Of a DNA stretch of 64,000 nucleotides, positions 1-13,500 are shown piece by piece. The translations under genes and the position numbers were made by a program. Origin of the DNA: Somniosus microcephalus (lineage: Eukaryota); assembly GCA_052327205.1 (NCBI GenBank), contig CM126218.1, forward strand, positions 37,014,001-37,078,000, given 5' to 3'. Each line of letters starts with the position of its first letter. The first letter of the stretch is position 1. The notes under the pieces are model-generated. The model saw nothing but the letters and a program-made list of their open reading frames with translations. It was not told where the DNA came from and made no database searches.

Positions 1-1465
1 GCACGCTGAGGCTCTGAGTCTGTATCAGGTTTAAAAACTTACTTTCCTGCTGCACATAGCCGAGCACAAAATTACAAAAATTAAATCTATTCACTTCTAT
101 CTTAGTCTCTCAATAAAATTATTTTAGCAGAAAGAGAATACAACCATATAATGGCCCGTACATTCAGGACATAATTTCATCAAGTATAAGAGTGGCTGGA
201 ATTGTCAGATAGATTTGATCGTGCTATTAATGGAGTTCCTGGAATTTTAGTTTTCAATGTCCAGTGGAAACTGCTTACAATGGACAGATCCATATTGACC
301 CGAGTTCCCAGATCAACAGTGGCTCTGAAAATACTCGAGCAGCAGTCTTGGCGATTATACCAGGGTCACACCTCCCAAGGCCCTCCACAGCTGACCTGAC
401 CAGAATATGTAGGTCAGTGGGAGGTCCTGTCATTTAAATATTATGGCAGGGACCTTCACCACAATATTCAGACACATGCCCTGCTGCTGTTTCTATTCAG
501 TGGAAAGAGATACAAAATTGCTGGCCATGCCCACCTCTGGCCACTTTCTTGATATGTGTGTGGACAGAATATTGGCTTATAATACAGAAGAGCCCGATGC
601 TAGCCCGGAAGGAGGTGAACACATAACAGCTATTCTAAGTTTGATGGCTTTTCCAAACTGACTTGTGCAATACTTTATCACATTATGTTTATAAAATTTC
701 ACTATTTTGGTGGAAAGAATATCAAGCCAGCACAACCTTTGACTGCATGACTGGTCGAGCACCAGGTTGTTTTATCATACTCGTAGTTCATTCATCATTT
801 GAAAGATTAAGGAGGTGATTTTTAGCTGCCTGTGAGGGGAGATGAAATTGTACAAAAAAATCTACTACCCAGAGGCCGCCCGACTCAATTTTCTAGCGGG
901 CATTGAAACAAAAACTGCCGAACCCTGTACCTAGTCTCAGAACGGTGAGGAATAGTCCGACAGGGTTTTGCAGCTGAACCTGTAGCATGGAGAGAGATGG
1001 ATCGGCTATATGACTTTCTCTCATTCCTTGATATGGTTTTACATACTCAGTTTAAATATTGTGTGACAAATAATTTTGATAACTGAAAACATGTTATTTA
1101 ATATATATTTTAATACATCCTTCTCGCTTGGAGGATCGCACAGCGGGGGCACATCATAGGAATAGAAGCGTGGAAGTTAATGCACATCGCAAAATAATCC
1201 ATCAATTGGCCTCAAATTCCTCATTTGCATCACACTCCGCTAAACATTATGTCAGGAGCACAATTTCCTAAAAGCGCCCCTATAGGTTACAACATAATGA
1301 CCAGAGATACAAACATTTCCAAAGCAAGCAATTAGAAAGGAAAATTTGAGATGTAAAAATGAAAGCCGTGTTTTGTTACCTACTCAATGACAGACCACAT
1401 GGAGTTAGAAACAATCCACTTGTGGAGACAGACTTGGTGCAAGGTATAAAACTGCTGTCACTTAC

Positions 1466-1525
1466 CAGGTATGTAGCTGGTGGTAGACGTAGTGATAATC
1501 GGTGTCACTTCTGGTGACGTAATTT
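1466..1525 (-). CDS. 60-nt PTS repeat exon, type [21 protein letters not shown]
   Basis: ctctatag/gtaagt, phase 1-1. Confidence 0.85.
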
Positions 1526-4500
1526 CTATAGAGCAGGAAAAACATTTCAACCTGTTACACTGCACGCTGAGGCTCTGAGTCTGTATCAGGTTTAAAAACT
1601 TACTTTCCTGCTGCACATAGCCGAGCACAAAAGTTGCGAAAATTAAATCTATTCACTTCTATCTAAATCTATTCAATAAAATTATTTGAGCTGACAGAAT
1701 ACAACTAGTTAATGGCATTTACAGTAAGAACATCTTTTCCACAAGTATAAGAGTGGCTGGAATTGTCAGATAGATTTGATCGTGCTGTTAATGGAGTTCT
1801 TCGAAATATGAGTTTCAATGTCCAGTGGAAACTGCTTACAATGGACAGATCCATATTGACCCGAGTTCCCAGATGGTGGCTCTGAAAATCCTCAGGCAGC
1901 AATCCTGGCGATTATACCAGGGTCACACCTCCCAGGGCCCTCCACAGCTGACCTGACCAGAGTATGTAGGTCAGTGGGAGGTCCTGTTATTTAAATATTA
2001 TGGCAGGGACCTTCACCACAACATTCAGACACATGCCCTGCTGCTGTTTCTATTCAGTGGAAATATAAATTAACCTGCTGGCCATGCCGACATCTGCATC
2101 GGTCAGATTCTTGATATGTGTGTGGGCAGAATATTGGCTTATAATGCAGAAGAGCCCTATGCTAGCCCGGAACTTGGTGAACACATAACAGCTATTCTAA
2201 GTTTGCTGACTTTTCCAAACTGACTTGTGCAATACTTTATCACATTCTAGTTACACAATTTCACCACAATGATGTAAAGTACACCAAGCCAGCACAACAT
2301 TTGACTCTATGACTGATCTACCATCAAAGTGTTTTATCATGCTAGGTTTACATTCATCATTTGAAAGATCAAGGGGTGATTTTCATCTGCTTCCAAGGGT
2401 GGCAGTGGCGGAGGGAAAGTAATTCTAAAAAAGAACCGACTGCCCAGAGGCCGGCTGACTCGATTTTCTACCAGACATTGAAACAAGAACTGGTGAGCCC
2501 TGTACTTGGGCCCGGAACGGTGAGGAATAGTGCGACAGAGTTTTGCTGCTGAACATGTATGAATGGGTGAGTTGGGTCGGCTACATGACTTTCTATCATT
2601 CCTTGTTATTGTTTTACAACCTCAGTGTTGGACATTGTGTGACAAATAAATGAAAACGTGTTATTTAATAAGAATATATATTATAATACACCCTTCTCGC
2701 TTGGAACTTCCCTTGCCGGGGACACAGAACAGGAATAAGGGCGTGGATGTTAATGCACATTGCAAAATAATACGTCAATTGGTGTCAAATTCCTGATTTG
2801 CATCACACTATAATGACCAGAGATACAAACATTTCCAAAGCAAACAATTAGAAAGGAAAATTTGAGATGTAAAAATGAAAGCCGTGTTTTGTTACCTACT
2901 CAATGACAGACCACATGGAGTTAGAAACAATTCCCTTGAGGAGACAGACTTGGTGCAAGGTATCACTTACCAGGTATGTAGCTGGTGGTAGACGTAGTGG
3001 TAATCGGTGTCACTTCTGGTGATGTAATTTCTATAGAGCAGGAAAAACATTTCAACCTGTTACACTGCACGCTGAGGCTCTGAGTCTGTATCAGGTTTAA
3101 AAACTTACTTTCCTGCTGCACATAGCCGAGCACAAAATTACAAAAATTAAATCTATTCACTTCTATCTTAGTCTCTCAATAAAATTATTTTAGCAGAAAG
3201 AGAATACAACCATATAATGGCCCGTACATTCAGGACATAATTTCATCAAGTATAAGAGTGGCTGGAATTGTCAGATAGATTTGATCGTGCTATTAATGGA
3301 GTTCCTGGAATTTTAGTTTTCAATGTCCAGTGGAAACTGCTTACAATGGACAGATCCATATTGACCCGAGTTCCCAGATCAACAGTGGCTCTGAAAATAC
3401 TCGAGCAGCAGTCTTGGCGATTATACCAGGGTCACACCTCCCAAGGCCCTCCACAGCTGACCTGACCAGAATATGTAGGTCAGTGGGAGGTCCTGTCATT
3501 TAAATATTATGGCAGGGACCTTCACCACAATATTCAGACACATGCCCTGCTGCTGTTTCTATTCAGTGGAAAGAGATATGAAATTGCTGGCCATGCCCAC
3601 CTCTGGCCACTTTCTTGATATGTGTGTGGACAGAATATTGGCTTATAATACAGAAGAGCCCGATGCTAGCCCGGAAGGAGGTGAACACATAACAGCTATT
3701 CTAAGTTTGATGGCTTTTCCAAACTGACTTACATAGATACATAGATACATAGAAGATAGGAGCAGGAGTAGGCCATTCGGCCCTTCGTGCCTGCTCCGCC
3801 ATTCAATGAGATCATGGCTGATCCTTTAATTCAGTATCCCGTCCCCGCCTTCTCTCCGTAACCCTTAACCCCTTTTGCCCGTAGAAATATATCTAATTCC
3901 CTCTTAAATATATTTAATGAGCTGGCGTACACTGCCCTCTGTGGCAATGAGTTCCACAGGTTCACCACTCTCTGAGTGAAGAAATTCCCCCTCATCTCTG
4001 TCCTAAATGGTTTAGCCCTTATCCTTAAATTATGTCCTCTAGTTCTGTTCTCACCCGCCAAGGGAAACATTCCTTCTGCATCCAGTCTGTCTAGACCTGT
4101 CAGAATTTTATACACTTCTATGAGGTCCCCTCTCAATCTTCTAAACTCCAGTGTGTACATCCCTAAACTACATAGTCTCTCCTCATAGGTCATTCCCGCC
4201 ATTCCTGGTATCAGCCTGGTGAATCGCCGCTGCACCCCCTCCATGGCAAGAACATCCTTCCTCAGATGAGGCGACCAAAACTGTACACAGTACTCGAGGT
4301 GTGGTCTCACCAGTGCCCTGTACAGCTGCAGCAAGGTATCCCTGTTCCTGTATTCTAACCCTTTTGCTATGAAGGCCAGCATACCGTTTGCCTTCTTGAC
4401 CGCCTGTTGCACCTGCATGCTCGCCTTCAGTGACTGGTGTACAAGAACACCCAGGTCTCTCTGTACTTCCCCCTCTCCCAATCTATTGCCATTTAAATAA

Positions 4501-7500
4501 TAATTTGCCCTCCCGTTCCTGCACCCAAGGTGGATAACTTCGCACTTGTCCACATTATAGTGCATCTGCCATTTATCCGCCCAATCGCCCAGTCTGTCCA
4601 AATCGCTCTGGAGCTTCCTGGTCTCTTCCTCTGAGCCCACCCCCCCTCCTAGTTTAGTGTCGTCTGCAAATTTGGAAATGCTGCATCCGACTCCCTGATC
4701 CAGGTCATTAATGTAAATTGTGAACAGCTGGGGGCCCAGGACAGATCCCTGTGGTACCCCACTTGTTACTGCCTGCCATTCAGAAAATGAGCCGTTTATT
4801 CCAACTCTCTGTTTTCTATCTGACAGCCAGTTCCCTATCCACGCCAATACTTTCCCCTTTATCCCATGAGCCTCAATTTTCCATGCTAATCTTTTATGTG
4901 GGACCTTATCGAAGGCCTTTTGGAAGTCCAGGTACACCACATCTACTGGCTCTCCCCCATCTATTCTACCAGTTACTCCCTCAAAAAATTCCAATAGATT
5001 AGTCAAGCACGATTTACCCTTTGTAAATCCATGTTGACTCTGTCCTATCCTGTCCCCATTTGCTAAGTGCTCCGCTATTTCATCCTTAATGATGGACTCC
5101 AGCATTTTGCCCACAACTGATGTAAGGCTTACAGGTCTGTAATTACCTGCTTTTTCCCTACCCCCCTTTTTGAATAGTGGGGTAACGTTAGCTACCCTCC
5201 AATCCATGGGCACTGTTCCCGAGTCTAATGAATTCTGAAAAATCATCCTTAGTGCATCCGCTATCTCTAGGGCCACCTCCTTCAGTACCCTAGGATGCAT
5301 GTTATCAGGCCCTGGGGATTTGTCCACCTTCAATCCCTTTAGCTTCCTTAACACCATATCCTTAGAGATATTGATTTGCGTCAGTTCCTCCTTTGCCAAT
5401 GTCCCTATTTTTCCCGATATCCCAGGGAGGTTTTTTGTGTCTTCCTTCGTAAAGACTGACCCAAAGTATGCATTTAGTTGATCTGCCATTTCCTTATTTC
5501 CCATTATATATTCCCCCGTATCTGACTGCAATGGACCAACTTTGGTTTTCACCAGTCTTTTCCTTTTGATATACTTATAAAAGCTTTTGGAGTTAGTTTT
5601 TATATTTTCCGCCAGCTTGTTTTCGTAAGCTATTTTGCCCCTCTTGATTATGCCCTTTGCCCTCCTTTGCTCTATCTTAAACTGTTCCCAATCTTCCGCT
5701 CTGGCGCTTTTTTTGGCTATTTTATACGCCCTATCTTTGGATTTTATGCTGTCTCTAATTTCCCCTGTTATCCACGGTTGAGTCACCTTTTTAGATTTCC
5801 TTTTATGCCAGATTGGTATAAACAATTTTTGCAATTTTGTCATTCTATCTTTAAATGTTTGCCATTGTTTATCTACCTCCAGTCCTCCCAGGAACGTTGT
5901 CCAATCAGACCTACTCAGTTCCCGTCTCATGGCATCATAATTCCCCTTGTTTAAATTCAGGACCTTAGTCTCTGAGTCAATTTCTTCGCTCTCCATTTCG
6001 AGTGAGAAATCGATCATGTTATGATCGCTCTGACCCAAGGGTCCCCGTACAACAAGATTACTGATTAGTCCCTTCTCATTGCACAGTACCCAGTCCAATA
6101 TAGCCTGTTCCCGAGTTGGTTCCTCGACATATTGATCCAGATAACCATCCCTTAAACACTCAAGGAATTCCTCCTCCTCATTATTTTTACTGATTAGGCT
6201 AGTCCAATCTATATGTAAGTTAAAGTCACCTATGATGACAGCTGTGCTCTTATTGCACGCTTCTCTAATTTCCCTCGTGATGCCCTCCCTAACCTCTATT
6301 TTACTATTTGGAGGCCTATATACCACTCCTATTAATGTTTTTCGCCCCTCGCTATTTCTTAGCTCCACCCATATAGATTCTGTATTAACTGAGTTAATAT
6401 CCTTCCTTTCAATTGCATTTATCCCCTTTTTTACTAGCAATGCTACCCCTCCTCCCTTTCTTTTTTGTCGATCCTTCCTAAATACTGAATACCCCTGTAT
6501 GTTAAGCTCCCAGCCCTGCTCACCCTGCAACCATGTTTCCGTAATCCCAATTAGATCATAATTATTAACCTCTATTTCCACAGCTAATTCATCTACCTTG
6601 TTCCTGATGCTTCTCGCATTAAGGTATAAAACCCTCAGGCTTTTTTTATGCTCACATTTTTTATGAATTAGTTTGGCCCTTTGTTTTTTGTTCCTCACCC
6701 TTTTACCATTTATTTCTGTCTGCCTTTCACTTTCCTCTATTTCACTACATAGGTTTCTAGCCCCCTGCCATACTAGTTTAAATGCTCCCGAACTGCTTTA
6801 TCAAAAATTACCCCGAGAACATCAGTTCCATCTCTGCACAGGTGTAGACCGTCCCTTTTGTATAGGTCACACCTACCACAAAACTGGTTCCAATGCCTCA
6901 AAAATTTAAAACCCTCCCTCTTACACCACTGCTCAAGCCACGTATTTAGCCTAACTATCCTGTTCTCTGTACTCTTACTAGCACGTGGCACTGGTAGTAA
7001 TCCAGAGATTACTACCTTCGAGGTCCTACTTTTTAGCTTGGCTCCTAACTCCCTAAATTCTACTTGTAGGACCTCTTCCCTTTTTTTAGCTACGTCGTTG
7101 GTACCAACATGTATCACGACAACTGGCTGTTCCCCCTCCCCCTCCAGAATGTTCTGCACCCGCGCCGAGACATCCTTGACCCTTGCACCAGGGAGGCAAC
7201 ATACCATCCTGGAGTCTCGGTCGCGACCACAGAAACCCCTATCTATTCCCCTTACAATCGAATCCCCTATTACTATAGCCCTGCCACTCTTTTTCCCTCC
7301 CTTCTTTGCAACAGAGCCAGTCATGGTGCCATGAGCCTGGCTGCTGGTGCCTTCCCCCGATGTGTCACCCCCCCCGACAACAGTACCTAAGGCGGTGAAC
7401 CTGTTGCTAAGGGAGACAACCCCAGGGGATTTCTGCACTACCTTCCTGCCCTTGCTCTGCCTTTTGGTCACCCATGTACTGTCTACGCTGGCCTTAACCT

Positions 7501-10500
7501 GCGGTGTGACCAACTCACTAAATGTGCTATCCACACCCCTCTCAGAATCGTGGATGCTCCAAAGTGAGTCCATCTGCAGCTCAAGGGACTTGTGCAATGC
7601 TTTATCACATTATGTTTATAAAATTTCACTATTTTGGTGAAAAGAATATCAAGCCAGCACAACCTTTGACTGCATGACTGGTCGAGCACCAGGTTGTTTT
7701 ATCATACTCGTAGTTCATTCATCATTTGAAAGATTAAGGAGGTGATTTTTAGCTGCCTGTGAGGGGAGATGAAATTGTACAAAAAAATCTACTACCCAGA
7801 GGCCGCCCGACTCAATTTTCTAGCGGGCATTGAAACAAAAACTGCCAAACCCTGTACCTAGTCTCAGAACGGTGAGGAATAGTCCGACAGGGTTTTGCAG
7901 CTGAACCTGTAGCATGGAGAGAGATGGATCGGCTATATGACTTTCTCTCATTCCTTGATATGGTTTTACATACTCAGTTTAAATATTGTGTGACAAATAA
8001 TTTTGATAACTGAAAACATGTTATTTAATAATATATATTTCAATACATCCTTCTCGCTTGGAGGATCGCACAGCGGGGGCACATCATAGGAATAGAAGCG
8101 TGGAAGTTAATGCACATCGCAAAATAATCCATCAATTGGCCTCAAATTCCTCATTTGCATCACACTCCGCTAAACATTATGTCAGGAGCACAATTTCCTA
8201 AAAGCGCCCCTATAGGTTACAACATAATGACCAGAGATACAAACATTTCCAAAGCAAGCAATTAGAAAGGAAAATTTGAGATGTAAAAATGAAAGCCGTG
8301 TTTTGTTACCTACTCAATGACAGACCACATGGAGTTAGAAACAATCCACTTGTGGAGACAGACTTGGTGCAAGGTATAAAACTGCTGTCACTTACCAGGC
8401 ATGTAGCTGGTGGTAGACGTAGTGATAATCGGTGTCACTTCTGGTGACGTAATTTCTATAGAGCAGGAAAAACATTTCAACTTGTTACACTGCACGCTGA
8501 GGCTCTGAGTCTGTATCAGGTTTAAAAACTTACTTTCCTGCTGCACATAGCCGAGCACAAAAGTTGCGAAAATTAAATCTATTCACTTCTATCTAAATCT
8601 ATTCAATAAAATTATTTGAGCTGACAGAATACAACTAGTTAATGGCATTTACAGTAAGAACATCTTTTCCACAAGTATAAGAGTGGCTGGAATTGTCAGA
8701 TAGATTTGATCGTGCTGTTAATGGAGTTCTTCGAAATATGAGTTTCAATGTCCAGTGGAAACTGCTTACAATGGACAGATCCATATTGACCCGAGTTCCC
8801 AGCTGGTGGCTCTGAAAATCCTCGGGCAGCAATCCTGGCGATTATACCAGGGTCACACCTCCCAGGGCCCTCCACAGCTGACCTGACCAGAGTATGTAGG
8901 TCAGTGGGAGGTCCTGTTATTTAAATATTATGGCAGGGACCTTCACCACAACATTCAGACACATGCCCTGCTGCTGTTTCTATTCAGTGGAAATATAAAT
9001 TAACCTGCTGGCCATGCCGACATCTGCATCGGTCAGATTCTTGATATGTGTGTGGGCAGAATATTGGCTTATAATGCAGAAGAGCCCTATGCTAACCCGG
9101 AACTTGGTGAACACATAACAGCTATTCTAAGTTTGCTGACTTTTCCAAACTGACTTGTGCAATACTTTATCACATTCTAGTTACACAATTTCACCACAAT
9201 GATGTAAAGTACACCAAGCCAGCACAACATTTGACTCTATGACTGATCTACCATCAAAGTGTTTTATCATGCTAGGTTTACATTCATCATTTGAAAGATC
9301 AAGGGGTGATTTTCATCTGCTTCCAAGGGTGGCAGTGGCGGAGGGAAAGTAATTCTAAAAAAGAACCGACTGCCCAGAGGCCGGCTGACTCGATTTTCTA
9401 CCAGACATTGAAACAAGAACTGGTGAGCCCTGTACTTGGGCCCGGAACGGTGAGGAATAGTGCGATAGAGTTTTGCTGCTGAACCTGTATGAATGGGTGA
9501 GTTGGGTCGGCTACATGACTTTCTATCATTCCTTGTTATTGTTTTACAACCTCAGTGTTGGACATTGTGTGACAAATAAATGAAAACGTGTTATTTAATA
9601 AGAATATATATTATAATACACCCTTCTCGCTTGGAACTTCCCTTGCCGGGGACACAGAACAGGAATAAGGGCGTGGATGTTAATGCACATTGCAAAATAA
9701 TACGTCAATTGGTGTCAAATTCCTGATTTGCATCACACTATAATGACCAGAGATACAAACATTTCCAAAGCAAACAATTAGAAAGGAAAATTTGAGATGT
9801 AAAAATGAAAGCCGTGTTTTGTTACCTACTCAATGACAGACCACATGGAGTTAGAAACAATTCCCTTGAGGAGACAGACTTGGTGCAAGGTATCACTTAC
9901 CAGGTATGTAGCTGGTGGTAGACGTAGTGGTAATCGGTGTCACTTCTGGTGATGTAATTTCTATAGAGCAGGAAAAACATTTCAACCTGTTACACTGCAC
10001 GCTGAGGCTCTGAGTCTGTATCAGGTTTAAAAACTTACTTTCCTGCTGCACATAGCCGAGCACAAAATTACAAAAATTAAATCTATTCACTTCTATCTTA
10101 GTCTCTCAATAAAATTATTTTAGCAGAAAGAGAATACAACCATATAATGGCCCGTACATTCAGGACATAATTTCATCAAGTATAAGAGTGGCTGGAATTG
10201 TCAGATAGATTTGATCGTGCTATTAATGGAGTTCCTGGAATTTTAGTTTTCAATGTCCAGTGGAAACTGGTTACAATGGACAGATCCATATTGACCCGAG
10301 TTCCCAGATCAACAGTGGCTCTGAAAATACTCGAGCAGCAGTCTTGGCGATTATACCAGGGTCACACCTCCACAGCTGACCTGACCAGAATATGTAGGTC
10401 AGTGGGAGGTCCTGTCATTTAAATATTATGGCAGGGACCTTCACCACAATATTCAGACACATGCCCTGCTGCTGTTTCTATTCAGTGGAAAGAGATATGA

Positions 10501-13500
10501 AATTGCTGGCCATGCCCACCTCTGGCCACTTTCTTGATATGTGTGTGGACAGAATATTGGCTTATAATACAGAAGAGCCCGATGCTAGCCCGGAAGGAGG
10601 TGAACACATAACAGCTATTCTAAGTTTGATGGCTTTTCCAAACTGACTTGTGCAATGCTTTATCACATTATGTTTATAAAATTTCACTATTTTGGTGAAA
10701 AGAATATCAAGCCAGCACAACCTTTGACTGCATGACTGGTCGAGCACCAGGTTGTTTTATCATACTCGTAGTTCATTCATCATTTGAAAGATTAAGGAGG
10801 TGATTTTTAGCTGCCTGTGAGGGGAGATGAAATTGTACAAAAAAATCTACTACCCAGAGGCCGCCCGACTCAATTTTCTAGCGGGCATTGAAACAAAAAC
10901 TGCCGAAACCTGTACCTAGTCTCAGAACGGTGAGGAATAGTTCGACAGGGTTTTGCAGCTGAACCTGTAGCATGGAGAGAGATGGATCGGCTATATGACT
11001 TTCTCTCATTCCTTGATATGGTTTTACATACTCAGTTTAAATATTGTGTGACAAATCATTTTGATAACTGAAAACATGTTATTTAATAATATATATTTTA
11101 ATACATCCTTCTCGCTTGGAGGATCGCACAGCGGGGGCACATCATAGGAATAGAAGCGTGGAAGTTAATGCACATCGCAAAATAATCCATCAATTGGCCT
11201 CAAATTCCTCATTTGCATCACACTCCGCTAAACATTATGTCAGGAGCACAATTTCCTAAATGCGCCCCTATAGGTTACAACATAATGACCAGAGATACAA
11301 ACATTTCCAAAGCAAGCAATTAGAAAGGAAAATTTGAGATGTAAAAATGAAAGCCGTGTTTTGTTACCTACTCAATGACAGACCACATGGAGTTAGAAAC
11401 AATCCACTTGTGGAGACAGACTTGGTGCAAGGTATAAAACTGCTGTCACTTACCAGGTATGTAGCTGGTGGTAGACGTAGTGATAATCGGTGTCACTTCT
11501 GGTGACGTAATTTCTATAGAGCAGGAAAAACATTTCAACTTGTTACACTGCACGCTGAGGCTCTGAGTCTGTATCAGGTTTAAAAACTTACTTTCCTGCT
11601 GCACATAGCCGAGCACAAAAGTTGCGAAAATTAAATCTATTCACTTCTATCTAAATCTATTCAATAAAATTATTTGAGCTGACAGAATACAACTAGTTAA
11701 TGGCATTTACAGTAAGAACATCTTTTCCACAAGTATAAGAGTGGCTGGAATTGTCAGATAGATTTGATCGTGCTGTTAATGGAGTTCTTCGAAATATGAG
11801 TTTCAATGTCCAGTGGAAACTGCTTACAATGGACAGATCCATATTGACCCGAGTTCCCAGATGGTGGCTCTGAAAATCCTCGGGCAGCAATCCTGGCGAT
11901 TATACCAGGGTCACACCTCCCAGGGCCCTCCACAGCTGACCTGACCAGAGTATGTAGGTCAGTGGGAGGTCCTGTTATTTAAATATTATGGCAGGGACCT
12001 TCACCACAACATTCAGACACATGCCCTGCTGCTGTTTCTATTCAGTGGAAATATAAATTAACCTGCTGGCCATGCCGACATCTGCATCGGTCAGATTCTT
12101 GATATGTGTGTGGGCAGAATATTGGCTTATAATGCAGAAGAGCCCTATGCTAGCCCGGAACTTGGTGAACACATAACAGCTATTCTAAGTTTGCTGACTT
12201 TTCCAAACTGACTTGTGCAATACTTTATCACATTCTAGTTACACAATTTCACCACAATGATGTAAAGTACACCAAGCCAGCACAACATTTGACTCTATGA
12301 CTGATCTACCATCAAAGTGTTTTATCATGCTAGGTTTACATTCATCATTTGAAAGATCAAGGGGTGATTTTCATCTGCTTCCAAGGGTGGCAGTGGCGGA
12401 GGGAAAGTAATTCTAAAAAAGAACCGACTGCCCAGAGGCCGGCTGACTCGATTTTCTACCAGACATTGAAACAAGAACTGGTGAGCCCTGTACTTGGGCC
12501 CGGAACGGTGAGGAATAGTGCGATAGAGTTTTGCTGCTGAACCTGTATGATGGGGTGAGTTGGGTCGGCTACATGACTTTCTATCATTCCTTGTTATTGT
12601 TTTACAACCTCAGTGTTGGACATTGTGTGACAAATAAATGAAAACGTGTTATTTAATAAGAATATATATTATAATACACCCTTCTCGCTTGGAACTTCCC
12701 TTGCCGGGGACACAGAACAGGAATAAGGGCGTGGATGTTAATGCACATTGCAAAATAATACGTCAATTGGTGTCAAATTCCTGATTTGCATCACACTATA
12801 ATGACCAGAGATACAAACATTTCCAAAGCAAACAATTAGAAAGGAAAATTTGAGATGTAAAAATGAAAGCCGTGTTTTGTTACCTACTCAATGACAGACC
12901 ACATGGAGTTAGAAACAATTCCCTTGAGGAGACAGACTTGGTGCAAGGTATCACTTACCAGGTATGTAGCTGGTGGTAGACGTAGTGGTAATCGGTGTCA
13001 CTTCTGGTGATGTAATTTCTATAGAGCAGGAAAAACATTTCAACCTGTTACACTGCACGCTGAGGCTCTGAGTCTGTATCAGGTTTAAAAACTTACTTTC
13101 CTGCTGCACATAGCCGAGCACAAAATTACAAAAATTAAATCTATTCACTTCTATCTTAGTCTCTCAATAAAATTATTTTAGCAGAAAGAGAATACAACCA
13201 TATAATGGCCCGTACATTCAGGACATAATTTCATCAAGTATAAGAGTGGCTGGAATTGTCAGATAGATTTGATCGTGCTATTAATGGAGTTCCTGGAATT
13301 TTAGTTTTCAATGTCCAGTGGAAACTGCTTACAATGGACAGATCCATATTGACCCGAGTTCCCAGATCAACAGTGGCTCTGAAAATACTCGAGCAGCAGT
13401 CTTGGCGATTATACCAGGGTCACACCTCCCAAGGCCCTCCACAGCTGACCTGACCAGAATATGTAGGTCAGTGGGAGGTCCTGTCATTTAAATATTATGG

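Larger units (their letters stand above)
3731..7586 (-). mobile_element. 5'-truncated CR1-clade LINE (shark HER1-like), inserted in a mucin intron in the same orientation as the gene
   Basis: Interrupts the unit at aaactGACTT|gtgcaa with GACTT on both sides (3726-3730, 7587-7591). 3' tail of about 3 ATCTATGT octamers. 3' UTR GATCAGCCATGATC...GAATGGCGGAGCAGGC...GGCCGAATGGCCTACTCCTGCTCCT. 3856+5 bp accounts for the 3861-bp excess in unit spacing. Confidence 0.96.

Noticed and set aside
1526-1612. Consensus AAA|GTAAGT donor 78 nt upstream of each repeat exon's acceptor, suggesting a second micro-exon
   Set aside because: The nearest acceptors give 4- or 7-nt exons that break frame, and the site is altered to GTAAAT in the edge copy near 49911. 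Unsupported without RNA data.
7587-7597. Host-LINE fusion start MHKSLEL... for ORF1
   Set aside because: The start is a TTG in flanking intron sequence at the truncation junction; no promoter or AUG context.
3976-7640. Plus-strand ORFs overlapping the LINE
   Set aside because: Antisense shadows of ORF1/ORF2 codon structure with no motifs.
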